Positions 48,175-57,428 are shown, numbered from the stretch's first letter. The stretch: DNA of 64,000 bases from Candidatus Latescibacterota bacterium (GCA_965208105.1 OZ242318.1:704001-768000), one strand, 5' to 3'. The notes: generated by a model from the sequence alone, not told the origin. Translations and numbers: made by a program.

Positions 48175-49953
48175 ATGATGGGCCCTGCAATCCCGAACGA
48201 GAAACCGGCGAAGATGATCGGCCTGTCCGCCCTGGTTTTGGCCGCCTTTGCCATTCTCATTTTCCGCCTCTTCTATCTGCAGGTAACGACTTCGGAAGAC
48301 TATGCGCGCGAATCGGATGAAAACCACATCGCCCAGAAGCGCATCAAGGCTCCCCGCGGACTGATCTACGACCGAGAGGGAAAAGTCCTCGTCCGCAACC
48401 GCCTTTCCTACACCATCTTTTTGATTCGCTCGACACGCCAGAACGACGCAAGGGCGGTGGCCGCTCTGCAGCAGGCTACCGGTTATTCCGAGATCAGCCT
48501 GAACCGGAAGCTGCGCTCCATCCCCCTGAAACGCGACGTGGACTTTCGCACCGTTTCCATAGTCGAAGAGCGCCTCCGGGACGAATGGCCGCTGGGGATC
48601 GAGATAGAACTCCAGCGTTCCTATCCCTTCAATAGTACTGCCGCCCATTTATTGGGATACCTGGGTGAGTTGCAGGAGGAAGACAAAGGATGGGCTCGAG
48701 ACAGGAATTACGTCCCCGGTGACTTTGTCGGGAAAACGGGCATCGAAAAGGTTTACGAAGACCATCTGCGCGGCAAGGATGGTGTTCGCTTCATCGAGGT
48801 GGATGCCAAGTACCGAATCAGAAAAGAATTTCCCGGGCGGGGACAGCCCGCCCAACCGGGTCGTGATTTGCAACTTACCATCGACCTGGGCGTGCAGAAA
48901 GCCGCCGAGAAAGCACTGCCGGACACCCTTGCCGGCAGCGTGGTTGCCCTCGACCCCCGGACCGGAGCCATCATCGCCCTGGCCAGCAAGCCTTCCTTCG
49001 ACCCCAACGACTTCGTGTCCTTCCAGGCTCAACTAGAGCGCACCCAGGTTTTGCGCAACAGGGCCAAACCCCTCCTCAACCGGTCAATTTCCGGCCACTA
49101 TCCTCCAGGCTCCACCCTGAAAATGGTGACGTCGATCGCCGCGCTTGAGACCGGAATCATCGATGGCCGCGGCACATTCAAAAACTGCACCGGAGCACTG
49201 AAGGTCGGCGACGTCATCTTTCGCTGCTTCAAAAGAGACGGCCACGGCAAAGTCAACCTCCTGGAGGCGACTGAAACCTCCTGCAACATCTTTTTCCAGC
49301 AACTGGCTCAGGCCATGAGCATCGAAACCTGGAGGGAATACGCGGCGAAATTGGGGTTCGGCCACCCCACGGGGATACTCCTGGATCCGAGGGAGAACGA
49401 CGGTCTGCTGCCTTCACGCCAGTACCACCGTGAAAGGGAGGGATGGAGCCAGGGACATCTGCTGAATCTGGCCATCGGCCAGGGCGCAATGCTCGTCACT
49501 CCCATACAAATGGCGCGTTACGCAGCCGCCCTCGGGAACGGAGGTTACCTGGTGACCCCCTTCGTCTCCGGAACACCTCCGCCTCCCAAACCAATCCAGG
49601 GTATCTCGGCAAGGACCCTCGAAATCGTCAAGAAGTCCATGCTCCGCGTCATCCACGGTAAACGTGGGACCGGCAGAAAGGTGCGGATAGACGGGCTCGA
49701 AATCGCCGGGAAGAGCGGAACCGCTGAGGGGCCCAGGTCCGACAGCGATGCCTGGTTCGTGGCGTTTGCTCCTTTCGACAAGCCCACCATTGCCGTGGCC
49801 GTGGTGGTAGAAGGCGGAGGGGGAGGAGGATCTGTGGCCGGTCCCGTCGCCCGGAAGGTGATGGAAGCATTCTTCGAAGACCGACTCGCCGTCCCTCCGC
49901 CGGTGGACCACCTCCCACCAGGAGTCCGGGAAACGGGCTGGGCTCTGCGCTAG
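48175..49953 (+). CDS. mrdA: Penicillin-binding protein 2
   Basis: APRG.IYDR, PPGSTLK (SxxK), SCN (SxN), KSG. Confidence 0.93.
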   Translation: MMGPAIPNEKPAKMIGLSALVLAAFAILIFRLFYLQVTTSEDYARESDENHIAQKRIKAPRGLIYDREGKVLVRNRLSYTIFLIRSTRQNDARAVAALQQATGYSEISLNRKLRSIPLKRDVDFRTVSIVEERLRDEWPLGIEIELQRSYPFNSTAAHLLGYLGELQEEDKGWARDRNYVPGDFVGKTGIEKVYEDHLRGKDGVRFIEVDAKYRIRKEFPGRGQPAQPGRDLQLTIDLGVQKAAEKALPDTLAGSVVALDPRTGAIIALASKPSFDPNDFVSFQAQLERTQVLRNRAKPLLNRSISGHYPPGSTLKMVTSIAALETGIIDGRGTFKNCTGALKVGDVIFRCFKRDGHGKVNLLEATETSCNIFFQQLAQAMSIETWREYAAKLGFGHPTGILLDPRENDGLLPSRQYHREREGWSQGHLLNLAIGQGAMLVTPIQMARYAAALGNGGYLVTPFVSGTPPPPKPIQGISARTLEIVKKSMLRVIHGKRGTGRKVRIDGLEIAGKSGTAEGPRSDSDAWFVAFAPFDKPTIAVAVVVEGGGGGGSVAGPVARKVMEAFFEDRLAVPPPVDHLPPGVRETGWALR

Positions 49954-50107
49954 TGTTCCGTCGCAGAGATAGGTTGACGAAATCGGGCCGCCGAGGCGGC
50001 CGGCTCACAAGGCGCCTGAGCGAGTCGTACCAGGGGTGTACGGCGAGTGAAGGCAACGCCGTGAGCCGGGATGGAGCGGCGGAATAATGGCGACATATTT
50101 CTGCTAG
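49950..50107. mobile_element. MITE copy 2 (right TIR internally truncated)
   Basis: CTAGTGTTCCGTCGCAGAGATAGG...ATTTCTGCTAG; ~9 mismatches to the reverse complement of copy 3 by manual alignment. Confidence 0.82.
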
Positions 50108-50273
50108 GGCCCCGGCAGGCGGGAATCGCGCAGATTTCGGCGCCGCGGCCGGCTCGCCCTGCCATCAGGGGAGTGCAAGGAGATGGATCGGCGCCGAAAT
50201 GGAACCTGGGCATACCTCAGATAGAATCGAAGTCACCGGTATTGGCGTGCAACCTGACTTTGTGAGCCCGTGA

Positions 50274-51518
50274 GTGAAACTGGTACGCGACATCGATTAC
50301 CTGCTGCTTGGCACTGCCCTGGTGACCATCCTGACCGGGGTCGTCATGATCTACAGTGCAACCCTTCACAGCGAAACCTTCGGAGCGGTATGGCAAAAAC
50401 AACTGAGCTATGCACTCATATCCGGTCTGGTTGCCATCCTGATCCTCTACCTCCCCAACAAGCTCCTGTACGGACTGGCCTATCCTGTCTACACCGTAAG
50501 TCTGCTTAGCCTGGTGGCGGTCCTGTTCTGGGGTACGGGTGAAGACGCCGCGCGCTGGTTGAGCCTCGGTCCTGGAAGCTTCTTCAGCCTGCAGCCCTCC
50601 GAATTCGCCAAAATCAGCACCGTCATCGCCCTGGCGCGCTACCTGAGCGATTCCGCCGTATCGGCCATCAACGGTGCCCGCGGCTTTCTCGGCACCCTTT
50701 TCATCACCCTGGTCCCCATGGTCCTCGTGGTCTACCAGCCAGACTTGGGAACGGCGGTTTTCTTTGCGGTCATTCTGTTCCCGATGCTCTATTGGGCCGG
50801 CATGCGCCGCCTGTCCATTTTTCTCATGATAGCTCCCCTGCTCAGCGTGGCCTTTTCCTTCGAGCCCTTGTGGCAGTCGGCATCTCCATTTCTCTTCGCC
50901 GCCTTCATAATCATCAGCTCCGTCGCCGTTCATTTGATCGCGGTCAACCTGTGGCTTACCACAACGGTGGTCGTAGTCAACCTTGCGGCCGGCCTCATCA
51001 CCGTGTACCTGTGGACCAGTTTTCTTCACGATTACCAGAAAGCACGCATACTCACCTTTCTCGATCCGGAGAACGACCGCCTCGGGACTGGATGGAACAT
51101 CATTCAGTCCAAGATAGCCATCGGCTCCGGAGGGTCCACGGGGAAAGGATTTCTTCAAGGCACCCAAACCAAGTACGAATTCCTTCCTGCCGCCCACACG
51201 GATTTTATTTTCGCAGCCATTGGCGAGGAGTTCGGCTTCCTGGGCGCCTTGTTTGTGCTGGCGCTCTTTTTCGCCCTTATCAGCCGAGCCCTGTATATCG
51301 GGTTCATTGCCAAAAACCGCTTCCACAGCCAGATCGCAATCGGCCTGGCCTTCATGTTTGCATTTCACGTCTTCGTCAACATCGGCATGACCGTCGGAGT
51401 CATGCCGGTGACGGGCTTGCCCCTGCCCTTCCTGAGCTACGGTGGTTCTTCCCTGATGTCCAACTCGATCGCCGTGGGCCTGCTTCTTCACACCTACGCC
51501 AATCGCCACGAATATTAA
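50274..51518 (+). CDS. rodA: Peptidoglycan glycosyltransferase RodA
   Basis: RW, QPSEFAK, QPDLGT, QSKIAIGSGG, HTDFIF..IGEE, PVTGLPLPFLSYGGSS. Confidence 0.95.
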   Translation: MKLVRDIDYLLLGTALVTILTGVVMIYSATLHSETFGAVWQKQLSYALISGLVAILILYLPNKLLYGLAYPVYTVSLLSLVAVLFWGTGEDAARWLSLGPGSFFSLQPSEFAKISTVIALARYLSDSAVSAINGARGFLGTLFITLVPMVLVVYQPDLGTAVFFAVILFPMLYWAGMRRLSIFLMIAPLLSVAFSFEPLWQSASPFLFAAFIIISSVAVHLIAVNLWLTTTVVVVNLAAGLITVYLWTSFLHDYQKARILTFLDPENDRLGTGWNIIQSKIAIGSGGSTGKGFLQGTQTKYEFLPAAHTDFIFAAIGEEFGFLGALFVLALFFALISRALYIGFIAKNRFHSQIAIGLAFMFAFHVFVNIGMTVGVMPVTGLPLPFLSYGGSSLMSNSIAVGLLLHTYANRHEY

Positions 51519-52628
51519 ATGAAATCCCCTCTCCCTACATTTGTTTGCCTGGCATTGGCGGGGGTCTTTGTCATCGATCACCCGCATTGCGGCAACAAGG
51601 TGGTCAACCATCGCCAGCTGGCCATACTCTACCTGGAAAACGGGCAGTACAACCGTTCTCTGATGGAAGCCGGGCGCGCCCTGCGCAAGGACGGGGGCGA
51701 TGCCACCATGCACATGATTGCCGCCTTGGCACATCGCGGACTGGACCAAATGGAGGGGGCTTACGACTCCTTTGAAAAAGCCATTATGCTCGATCCCGAC
51801 AACGAGAGAATCCACGCGACCCTGAGGAGGATCTGCCAGCAGGACGAGGGCTTCGCCCGGGCACGCCCAATTTTGGAACGATTGCATCGGAAATATCCCG
51901 ATAGCGCCAGGATCCAGGTCAGCCTGGGCTGGGCCTGCAGCAACCTGGATGAAGAAAGCAGGGCCATCGAGCTATTGGAGGAAGCCATCTCCGGAGGCAA
52001 TGCCGAGATCTTCGCCTACATCCACCTGAGCCGCATATACCTCCAAACAGAGCGTTTCAACCGGGCAACCCGGCTATTGGAGGAAGCCCTGAGCATTTAT
52101 CCGGAGAATGGGCAGTTGCACATCATCCTGGGGGAACTCCACCTCGGGCAAGGCCGTTTCCAGGAAGCGGAATCCAGTTTTGCCAATGCCATGGAGAAAG
52201 ACAGGGCTCCAGCGAAAGCTGCCATCCAGATCGCCCGTCACCACTACGACCTGGGCATGCGCCGCAAGGCCATCGAGTACTACGAGCACGCCATGGAACA
52301 GGGAAGTCCGGGCGCCCTCCTCCTCAACAACCTGGCATGGGCATATGGCGAAGAGAACATTCATCTCCAGCGGGCCCTCGAGCTGTCTCTTCAGGCTGTA
52401 AAGCTGGAAGCAGAAAACGTGGTTTACCTCGATACATATGCCGAACTGCTCTTTTTAACCAGCCAGTACCCGCAAGCCATCGCCATCATGCGCCGGGCCC
52501 TGGAGCTGGAACCGGAGGAGGGAGATCACTACGAGTATCTGCACGCACAGATGCGTAAATTCCGCCAGATGGGAGCGCCTGCTGCCGCGGCCACCGGAGA
52601 TGTAGATGATTCCCAAGGTGGAAACTAG
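51519..52628 (+). CDS. TPR repeat protein
   Basis: Multiple TPRs; LNNLAW...YLDTYAELL. Confidence 0.85.
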   Translation: MKSPLPTFVCLALAGVFVIDHPHCGNKVVNHRQLAILYLENGQYNRSLMEAGRALRKDGGDATMHMIAALAHRGLDQMEGAYDSFEKAIMLDPDNERIHATLRRICQQDEGFARARPILERLHRKYPDSARIQVSLGWACSNLDEESRAIELLEEAISGGNAEIFAYIHLSRIYLQTERFNRATRLLEEALSIYPENGQLHIILGELHLGQGRFQEAESSFANAMEKDRAPAKAAIQIARHHYDLGMRRKAIEYYEHAMEQGSPGALLLNNLAWAYGEENIHLQRALELSLQAVKLEAENVVYLDTYAELLFLTSQYPQAIAIMRRALELEPEEGDHYEYLHAQMRKFRQMGAPAAAATGDVDDSQGGN

Positions 52629-52792
52629 TGTCCCGTCGCAGAAATTTGTCGCCATTATTCCACCGATCCATCCCGGCTCACGGCGTTGCCTTCACTCGCC
52701 GTACACCACTGGTACGACTCGCTCAGGCGCCTGGTGAGCCGGGCGCCTCGGCGGCTCAATTTCGTCAACCTATCTCTGCGACGGGACACTAG
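52625..52792. mobile_element. MITE copy 3 (complete, 18-bp perfect TIRs including CTAG)
   Basis: CTAGTGTCCCGTCGCAGA ... TCTGCGACGGGACACTAG. Confidence 0.88.
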
Positions 52793-53950
52793 TGCTCTGT
52801 TAAGGATTCAGGCTTGTACTTTTTCGTACATGTTGGTATCATGGGGACCTATGTCCATTTTTCTGGGAGGGTCCTGCCATGTGCCTCCATGCTCGAACAC
52901 CGGATGCTGCCGAATCGAAAGAACTGGGCCGATGGCTGAAGCGGCCACGCAATGCCGTACAGATGCGACGAGGGCAATTGATCTCCCTCAGTGCCCAGGG
53001 TATGCGGGTCCAGGAGCTGTCGGCGACGCTGCATCTGCACGAGGAATACATCCGCTCCCTGGTCCGACGATACAACGAGGAAGGGCTGGCGTCGCTTCGC
53101 ACGCGAGCCCACCCGGGGCGCACCCCAGCGCTGACGCCCGAAGACGAGTCCGTGGTGGTGGAGATCGCCAAGATGCCCCCTCGGGCTTTCGGCCAACCCT
53201 TCAACCAGTGGTCGCTGCGCAAGCTGACCGACTGTCTGGTCGGGCGCAAGATGATCCCCAAGGTCTCGCACGTGACCATCGCCAAGGTCTTGGACCGGCA
53301 TAAGGTCACCTACCAACGTACCCGCACCTGGAAGGAGTCGAAGGATCCGGATTTCTCCTCGAAAAAAAACGCATCGACCGCCTCTACCGGCGTGCGCCGA
53401 AGGACTCGGTCGTAGTCTGCTTCGACGAAATGGGGCCCGTGCAGATCAAGCCCCATGCCGGCTCCTCCTGGGCGCCGCAGAAGCACCCGGTGCGGCACCG
53501 AGCCACCTACACCCGGCACGCCGGGGTCAGCTATTTCTTCGGCGCCTACAACGTCCACGAGGACGTCCTGTGGATGCATCACAAGCGAAAGAAGCACGCC
53601 TCGGAGGTGCTCACTTTCCTCAAGGCCATCCGGCACCGCTACCGCAAGGCCCAACGCATCTACCTCGTTCTGGACAATTTGTCGACGCACGCGACCCCAA
53701 AGATTCGGCAATGGTGTCGGCAGCATCGAGTCTCCCTCGTCTTCACCGCTACCAACGCCTCCTGGATGAACCGTCTCGAATGCCATCTGACCGCCGCCCA
53801 CTACTTCGTCATCAAGAACAGCGACCCAAGGGACCATCGAGACATCGGCCAGCGCATGCAGGAATACCTCGTATGGAGAAATCGAAACCAGGACGATGCC
53901 AAGCTCGCCAAAATACAAAATTCAATGCCCACTCTTTAACAGCGCACTAG
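52789..53950 (+). mobile_element. IS630 family insertion sequence
   Basis: Ends CTAGTGCTCTGTTAAGGA / TCTTTAACAGCGCACTAG (imperfect TIR); CTAG at both ends; HTH + DDE ORFs. Confidence 0.92.
52879..53939 (+). CDS. IS630 transposase, two ORFs (52879-53415, ~53370-53939) joined by a -1 frameshift at A8
   Basis: Winged-helix ORF A (WSLRKL, RTWK.S.DP.F); slippery A8 at 53362-53369; ORF B CFDE, LDNLSTH, WMNRLE catalytic DDE. Confidence 0.88.
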
Positions 53951-54105
53951 TGCCTGCCAGCGCCGTTCCTCGTGAATTCGGCCGCCGCGGCATTCCGTCC
54001 TCCGGCGTTCGCCGTACACCATCCCACGACGCGCTCGGGTAGCCTTCCGAGCCGGACGCCTCGGCGGTTCCCGTTCCAACGCTCAAGTTCGCACGAGGGG
54101 ACTAG
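53947..54105. mobile_element. MITE copy 4 (diverged)
   Basis: CTAGTGCCTGC left end identical to copy 1; core CGGCGTT..TCGCCGTACACCA..GAGCCGG.CGCCTCGGCGG shared with copy 3; ends ACTAG. Confidence 0.7.
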
Positions 54106-55149
54106 CTAGCAAACGCGAAAGTACTTGTAGTCAATTTCCAGATCGTCCAGCCTCATGTAGAGATTCTTGCGCGACATGCCGATGGCGGAGGCCACACGGC
54201 TGATCACTCCGTTGTGCCGCCGCAGGGCATTGCACAGGAAACGCCTTTCAAATAGAATCCTGGCTTCCCGGAACGAGGCGACCTCCAGTTCTCCCCATCC
54301 ATCCCCCGGCAGCTCCAGGACCTCCGGGGGGATATCTTCCACCCCCAGTTTTCCGTTGCACGCAAAGATCACCATCCTCTCCATTATATTCTCCAGCTGC
54401 CTTATATTTCCCGGCCAGGGATAGGCCTGGAGCCTATCCAGGGCAGCCGCGTCAATATCGGAGATCGGGCGCTGGTGTTTGCTCGCAGCTGCTTGCAGGA
54501 AATGCCGGACCAGCAAGGGAATGTCCTCGGGTCTTTCGCGCAGGGGAGGCAATCTGACCGGAACCACGTTCAGCCGGTAGAATAAATCCTCGCGGAAATT
54601 TCCCTGCTTTACCTCTTTTCCCAGATCCGCATTGCTTGCGGCCAGCACCCTCACGTCAACCTTCAGGGTCCGGGTACCGCCCACTCGCTCGAATTCCCGC
54701 TCCTGCAAAACCCTCAACAATCGCAACTGCACCTTGGGATCAGCAACGCCAATCTCGTCCAAGAACAGCGTCCCGCCATCGGCAAGTTCAAACCTGCCCG
54801 TATGTTGGCGAACAGCCCCCGTAAATGCCCCTTTCTCGTGTCCGAACAGTTCGCTCTCGAGCACTCCATCGGGCAAGGCAGCACAGTTCAGCCGTACAAA
54901 GGGTTTGTCGTGTCGGGGACTACAGTAGTGAATTGCCTGGGCGAACAACTCTTTCCCGGTGCCGCTCTCTCCCTGAATCAAGACCGTAGCACATGCCGCT
55001 GCCATGCATTCCAGTTGCTCCAGCAGTTTCAACATGCGCGGATTGCACGTGGTAAATCGAACCGCCTTCCGGGACGGGAAGCGATGAGTGGAATCATCCC
55101 GCAGATCGCCAGCATGGTCCTGGCTGGCACTTTGCCGAAACATGGTCAA
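54106..55149 (-). CDS. Sigma54-dependent transcriptional activator without N-terminal sensor domain
   Basis: [45 protein letters not shown], Fis HTH. Confidence 0.92.
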   Translation of the reverse strand: MTMFRQSASQDHAGDLRDDSTHRFPSRKAVRFTTCNPRMLKLLEQLECMAAACATVLIQGESGTGKELFAQAIHYCSPRHDKPFVRLNCAALPDGVLESELFGHEKGAFTGAVRQHTGRFELADGGTLFLDEIGVADPKVQLRLLRVLQEREFERVGGTRTLKVDVRVLAASNADLGKEVKQGNFREDLFYRLNVVPVRLPPLRERPEDIPLLVRHFLQAAASKHQRPISDIDAAALDRLQAYPWPGNIRQLENIMERMVIFACNGKLGVEDIPPEVLELPGDGWGELEVASFREARILFERRFLCNALRRHNGVISRVASAIGMSRKNLYMRLDDLEIDYKYFRVC

Positions 55150-55343
55150 GTCCCCTCCTTTGTGAAATCTAGTGGTAACCTGTTCCTTGGGTCAATTGCG
55201 GTCGCCGGATTCTGGACTGGAACGGGTCTCACTTCCAGTTCGCCCCTTTTCTTGCAATTAGTATGCCGTTTTGCCGGGACCTCGGAGCAGGGTAAAGCCG
55301 CACTTCCGTTCGTCCATGGAGGATCTTGAAGGACATGATCTTC

Positions 55344-55359
55344 TGTGAATTACTTCACA
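55344..55359. promoter_or_regulatory. CRP/FNR-family operator
   Basis: TGTGA-ATTACT-TCACA, exact TGTGA-N6-TCACA core. Confidence 0.6.
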
Positions 55360-55407
55360 TATCCTGCCTTCTCCATTTTGCCGCTTGCCTGTCAAAAACC
55401 GTCGGAC

Positions 55408-55441
55408 TTTCGGTACCGGAGACCTATTCCCGGTACCGGGA
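55408..55441. promoter_or_regulatory. Tandem palindromic sites (candidate enhancer/UAS)
   Basis: CGGTACCG at 55411-55418 and 55431-55438, 20 bp apart; the second extends to TCCCGGTACCGGGA. Confidence 0.45.
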
Positions 55442-55602
55442 CCGGTGCAGAAAACGCATTCCCTCATGGGGAGGCGGGGGACACGGAATTAGAGTCAGGA
55501 TAGCGGAAAAACCGCATGAAAACGGAAACAATTCTCCTTGAATTGTCTTTTCTTTTTGGACATTATAACAATCCCTTGCCAGAAAGGACTTGATAAATCC
55601 CC

Positions 55603-56595
55603 ATGCTCCCCCAGGATAGCCGAAACTATGCCCCCTTTTCCATTGCACAGTGCGAACAGCAACTGAAGAAAATCATCGGAAGCCGGGGCGGGCTGGCGGG
55701 AATCGTCGGCAACCTGAAGCGGGTCCTGGGTCTGCCTATCAATATTCTGATCCAGGGAGAGAGCGGCACCGGAAAGGAGGTGATCGCGCGGGCAATCCAC
55801 GACTGTGACCCGCTGAGGCGCAGCCACCCCTTCATTCCGATCAACGCCGCAACCATTCCCGAGAATTTGGTCGAGGCGGAATTGTTCGGCTATCACAAGG
55901 GGGCATTTACCGGTGCCTCGCATACCCGGGACGGCTACTTCCAGATGGCACATGCCGGCACCCTGTTCCTGGATGAAGTGGGCGAACTTCCCCTGGCACT
56001 TCAGCCCAAATTCCTGCGCGTCCTACAGGAAAAAACGGTCTGCCGCCTGGGCGAATTCAGGGAACGTCCTATCGACGTACGGGTCGTGGCGGCCACCCAT
56101 ATAAACCTGAGGCAGGCCATTGGTGAAGGCTGCTTTCGCACGGACCTCTACTATCGATTGGCGGAATATATCATTGACCTGCCGCCTTTGCGCCAGCGGC
56201 GGCAGGACATCGGCCCTCTGGCTCGACATTTTCTGGATCAATACCGCAGGGATTTCTGCAAACCTGAAATCAAACGCCTCTCAGGCGAGGCTCTGGCTTT
56301 GCTCGAAGCACAAGACTGGGAAGAGAACAACGTGAGAGAACTGAGTCTGACGATAAGGCGTGCAGTGATATTTTGCGACAGCTCGGAAATCACTCCGGAC
56401 CATCTGACCCTTTCCGCGCCAGGGACCGGCCTTTCTCACAGAAAGCAGCTGCAGAAATTCGACCGGCAGCAACTGGAACAGACCCTGACCCGGACCCGCG
56501 GCAACATTGCCGCTGCCGCTCGGCTGCTTGGCATGAGCCGCTCCACTCTCTACGACCGCCTGAAGAAACTCGACATTCAGCGCGGATCTTCCTGA
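55603..56595 (+). CDS. Sigma54-dependent transcriptional activator without N-terminal sensor domain
   Basis: [35 protein letters not shown], variant WEENNVREL, Fis HTH. Confidence 0.9.
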   Translation: MLPQDSRNYAPFSIAQCEQQLKKIIGSRGGLAGIVGNLKRVLGLPINILIQGESGTGKEVIARAIHDCDPLRRSHPFIPINAATIPENLVEAELFGYHKGAFTGASHTRDGYFQMAHAGTLFLDEVGELPLALQPKFLRVLQEKTVCRLGEFRERPIDVRVVAATHINLRQAIGEGCFRTDLYYRLAEYIIDLPPLRQRRQDIGPLARHFLDQYRRDFCKPEIKRLSGEALALLEAQDWEENNVRELSLTIRRAVIFCDSSEITPDHLTLSAPGTGLSHRKQLQKFDRQQLEQTLTRTRGNIAAAARLLGMSRSTLYDRLKKLDIQRGSS

Positions 56596-56744
56596 GAATA
56601 GTTCCTTGACGGCCGCTTCCTCAACTTGCCGTGCTTGAATCTTTCAGAGGATATGGGACCAGGTGAGGCAGGTTCGCAGGTTGGCCAGGATCGGGGGGCA
56701 GGTCGGGACTGACCTGTAGATCCAGGTGTCACTGTACTGTGAAT

Positions 56745-57338
56745 TTATGTGGCCGATTGATAGTACGGATTTTTGCCGTCTGCGTGGTCGGTCACATCGT
56801 AGACTTCAGTGATCTCCGGCACGGCTTCCTTGATAGCCGTTTCGATGCCTTGTTTGAGGGTAACGTCCACCATGCCGCATCCCTGGCACCCACCACCGAA
56901 TTGCAGGAAGACGGTATCATCCCTGATATCGATGAGGGAAACGTAGCCACCATGGCTCGCCACAGACGGGTTGATCTGCTGGTCGAGGACGGTCTGCACC
57001 CTCTCGACCAGGGGCCCGGAAAGGTTGGGAGGCAGCTTTCTGCCGCTCTCGATCTTGAAGCCCGACCCCATGAGGCCGTCGACGTAGTCGATCCTGGCCT
57101 CTTCGAGATAAGAAGCGCTCTGGGAATCGATATAGACGTCGAAGGAATCGAAGTGCACAACCATGTCCTCTGGTATTTCCTGCTCGGCGGAAATAAAGGC
57201 CAGCTTGTAATCGACCTTGAGAGGTGATTGCGCTTTGGCACTAACCCGCAAACCCTTGACCGGTTTGTTGTTCTGCTTCTCGCTCTGCTCTATGAGCTCG
57301 GCGATCTTTTTCTGGGCAGCTGCAGCGATTTCAATCAT
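56745..57338 (-). CDS. nfuA: Fe-S biogenesis protein NfuA
   Basis: Degenerate A-type domain + NifU-C domain INPSVASHGG...GGGCQGC...D.TDH..G.NPYY. Confidence 0.9.
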   Translation of the reverse strand: MIEIAAAAQKKIAELIEQSEKQNNKPVKGLRVSAKAQSPLKVDYKLAFISAEQEIPEDMVVHFDSFDVYIDSQSASYLEEARIDYVDGLMGSGFKIESGRKLPPNLSGPLVERVQTVLDQQINPSVASHGGYVSLIDIRDDTVFLQFGGGCQGCGMVDVTLKQGIETAIKEAVPEITEVYDVTDHADGKNPYYQSAT

Positions 57339-57428
57339 GGGGCCTCCATTGAAAAGGTAAATATCCCGAGCCTTCGCGCAAGGACTCGGGGCTGAGGCCT
57401 ACCCCGGGAGGAAGCCATAGGAAAAGCC

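Noticed and set aside
25717-54105. Repeats as CRISPR array or REP/RAYT system
   Set aside because: Copies are dispersed, not regularly spaced, and carry TIRs with CTAG ends. No cas or Y1/RAYT gene is present in the window.
55120-55600. Sigma54 -24/-12 promoters (TGGCACTTTGC at ~55125; TGGCAAGGGATTGT on minus at ~55575)
   Set aside because: Neither has the obligatory GG-N10-GC spacing.
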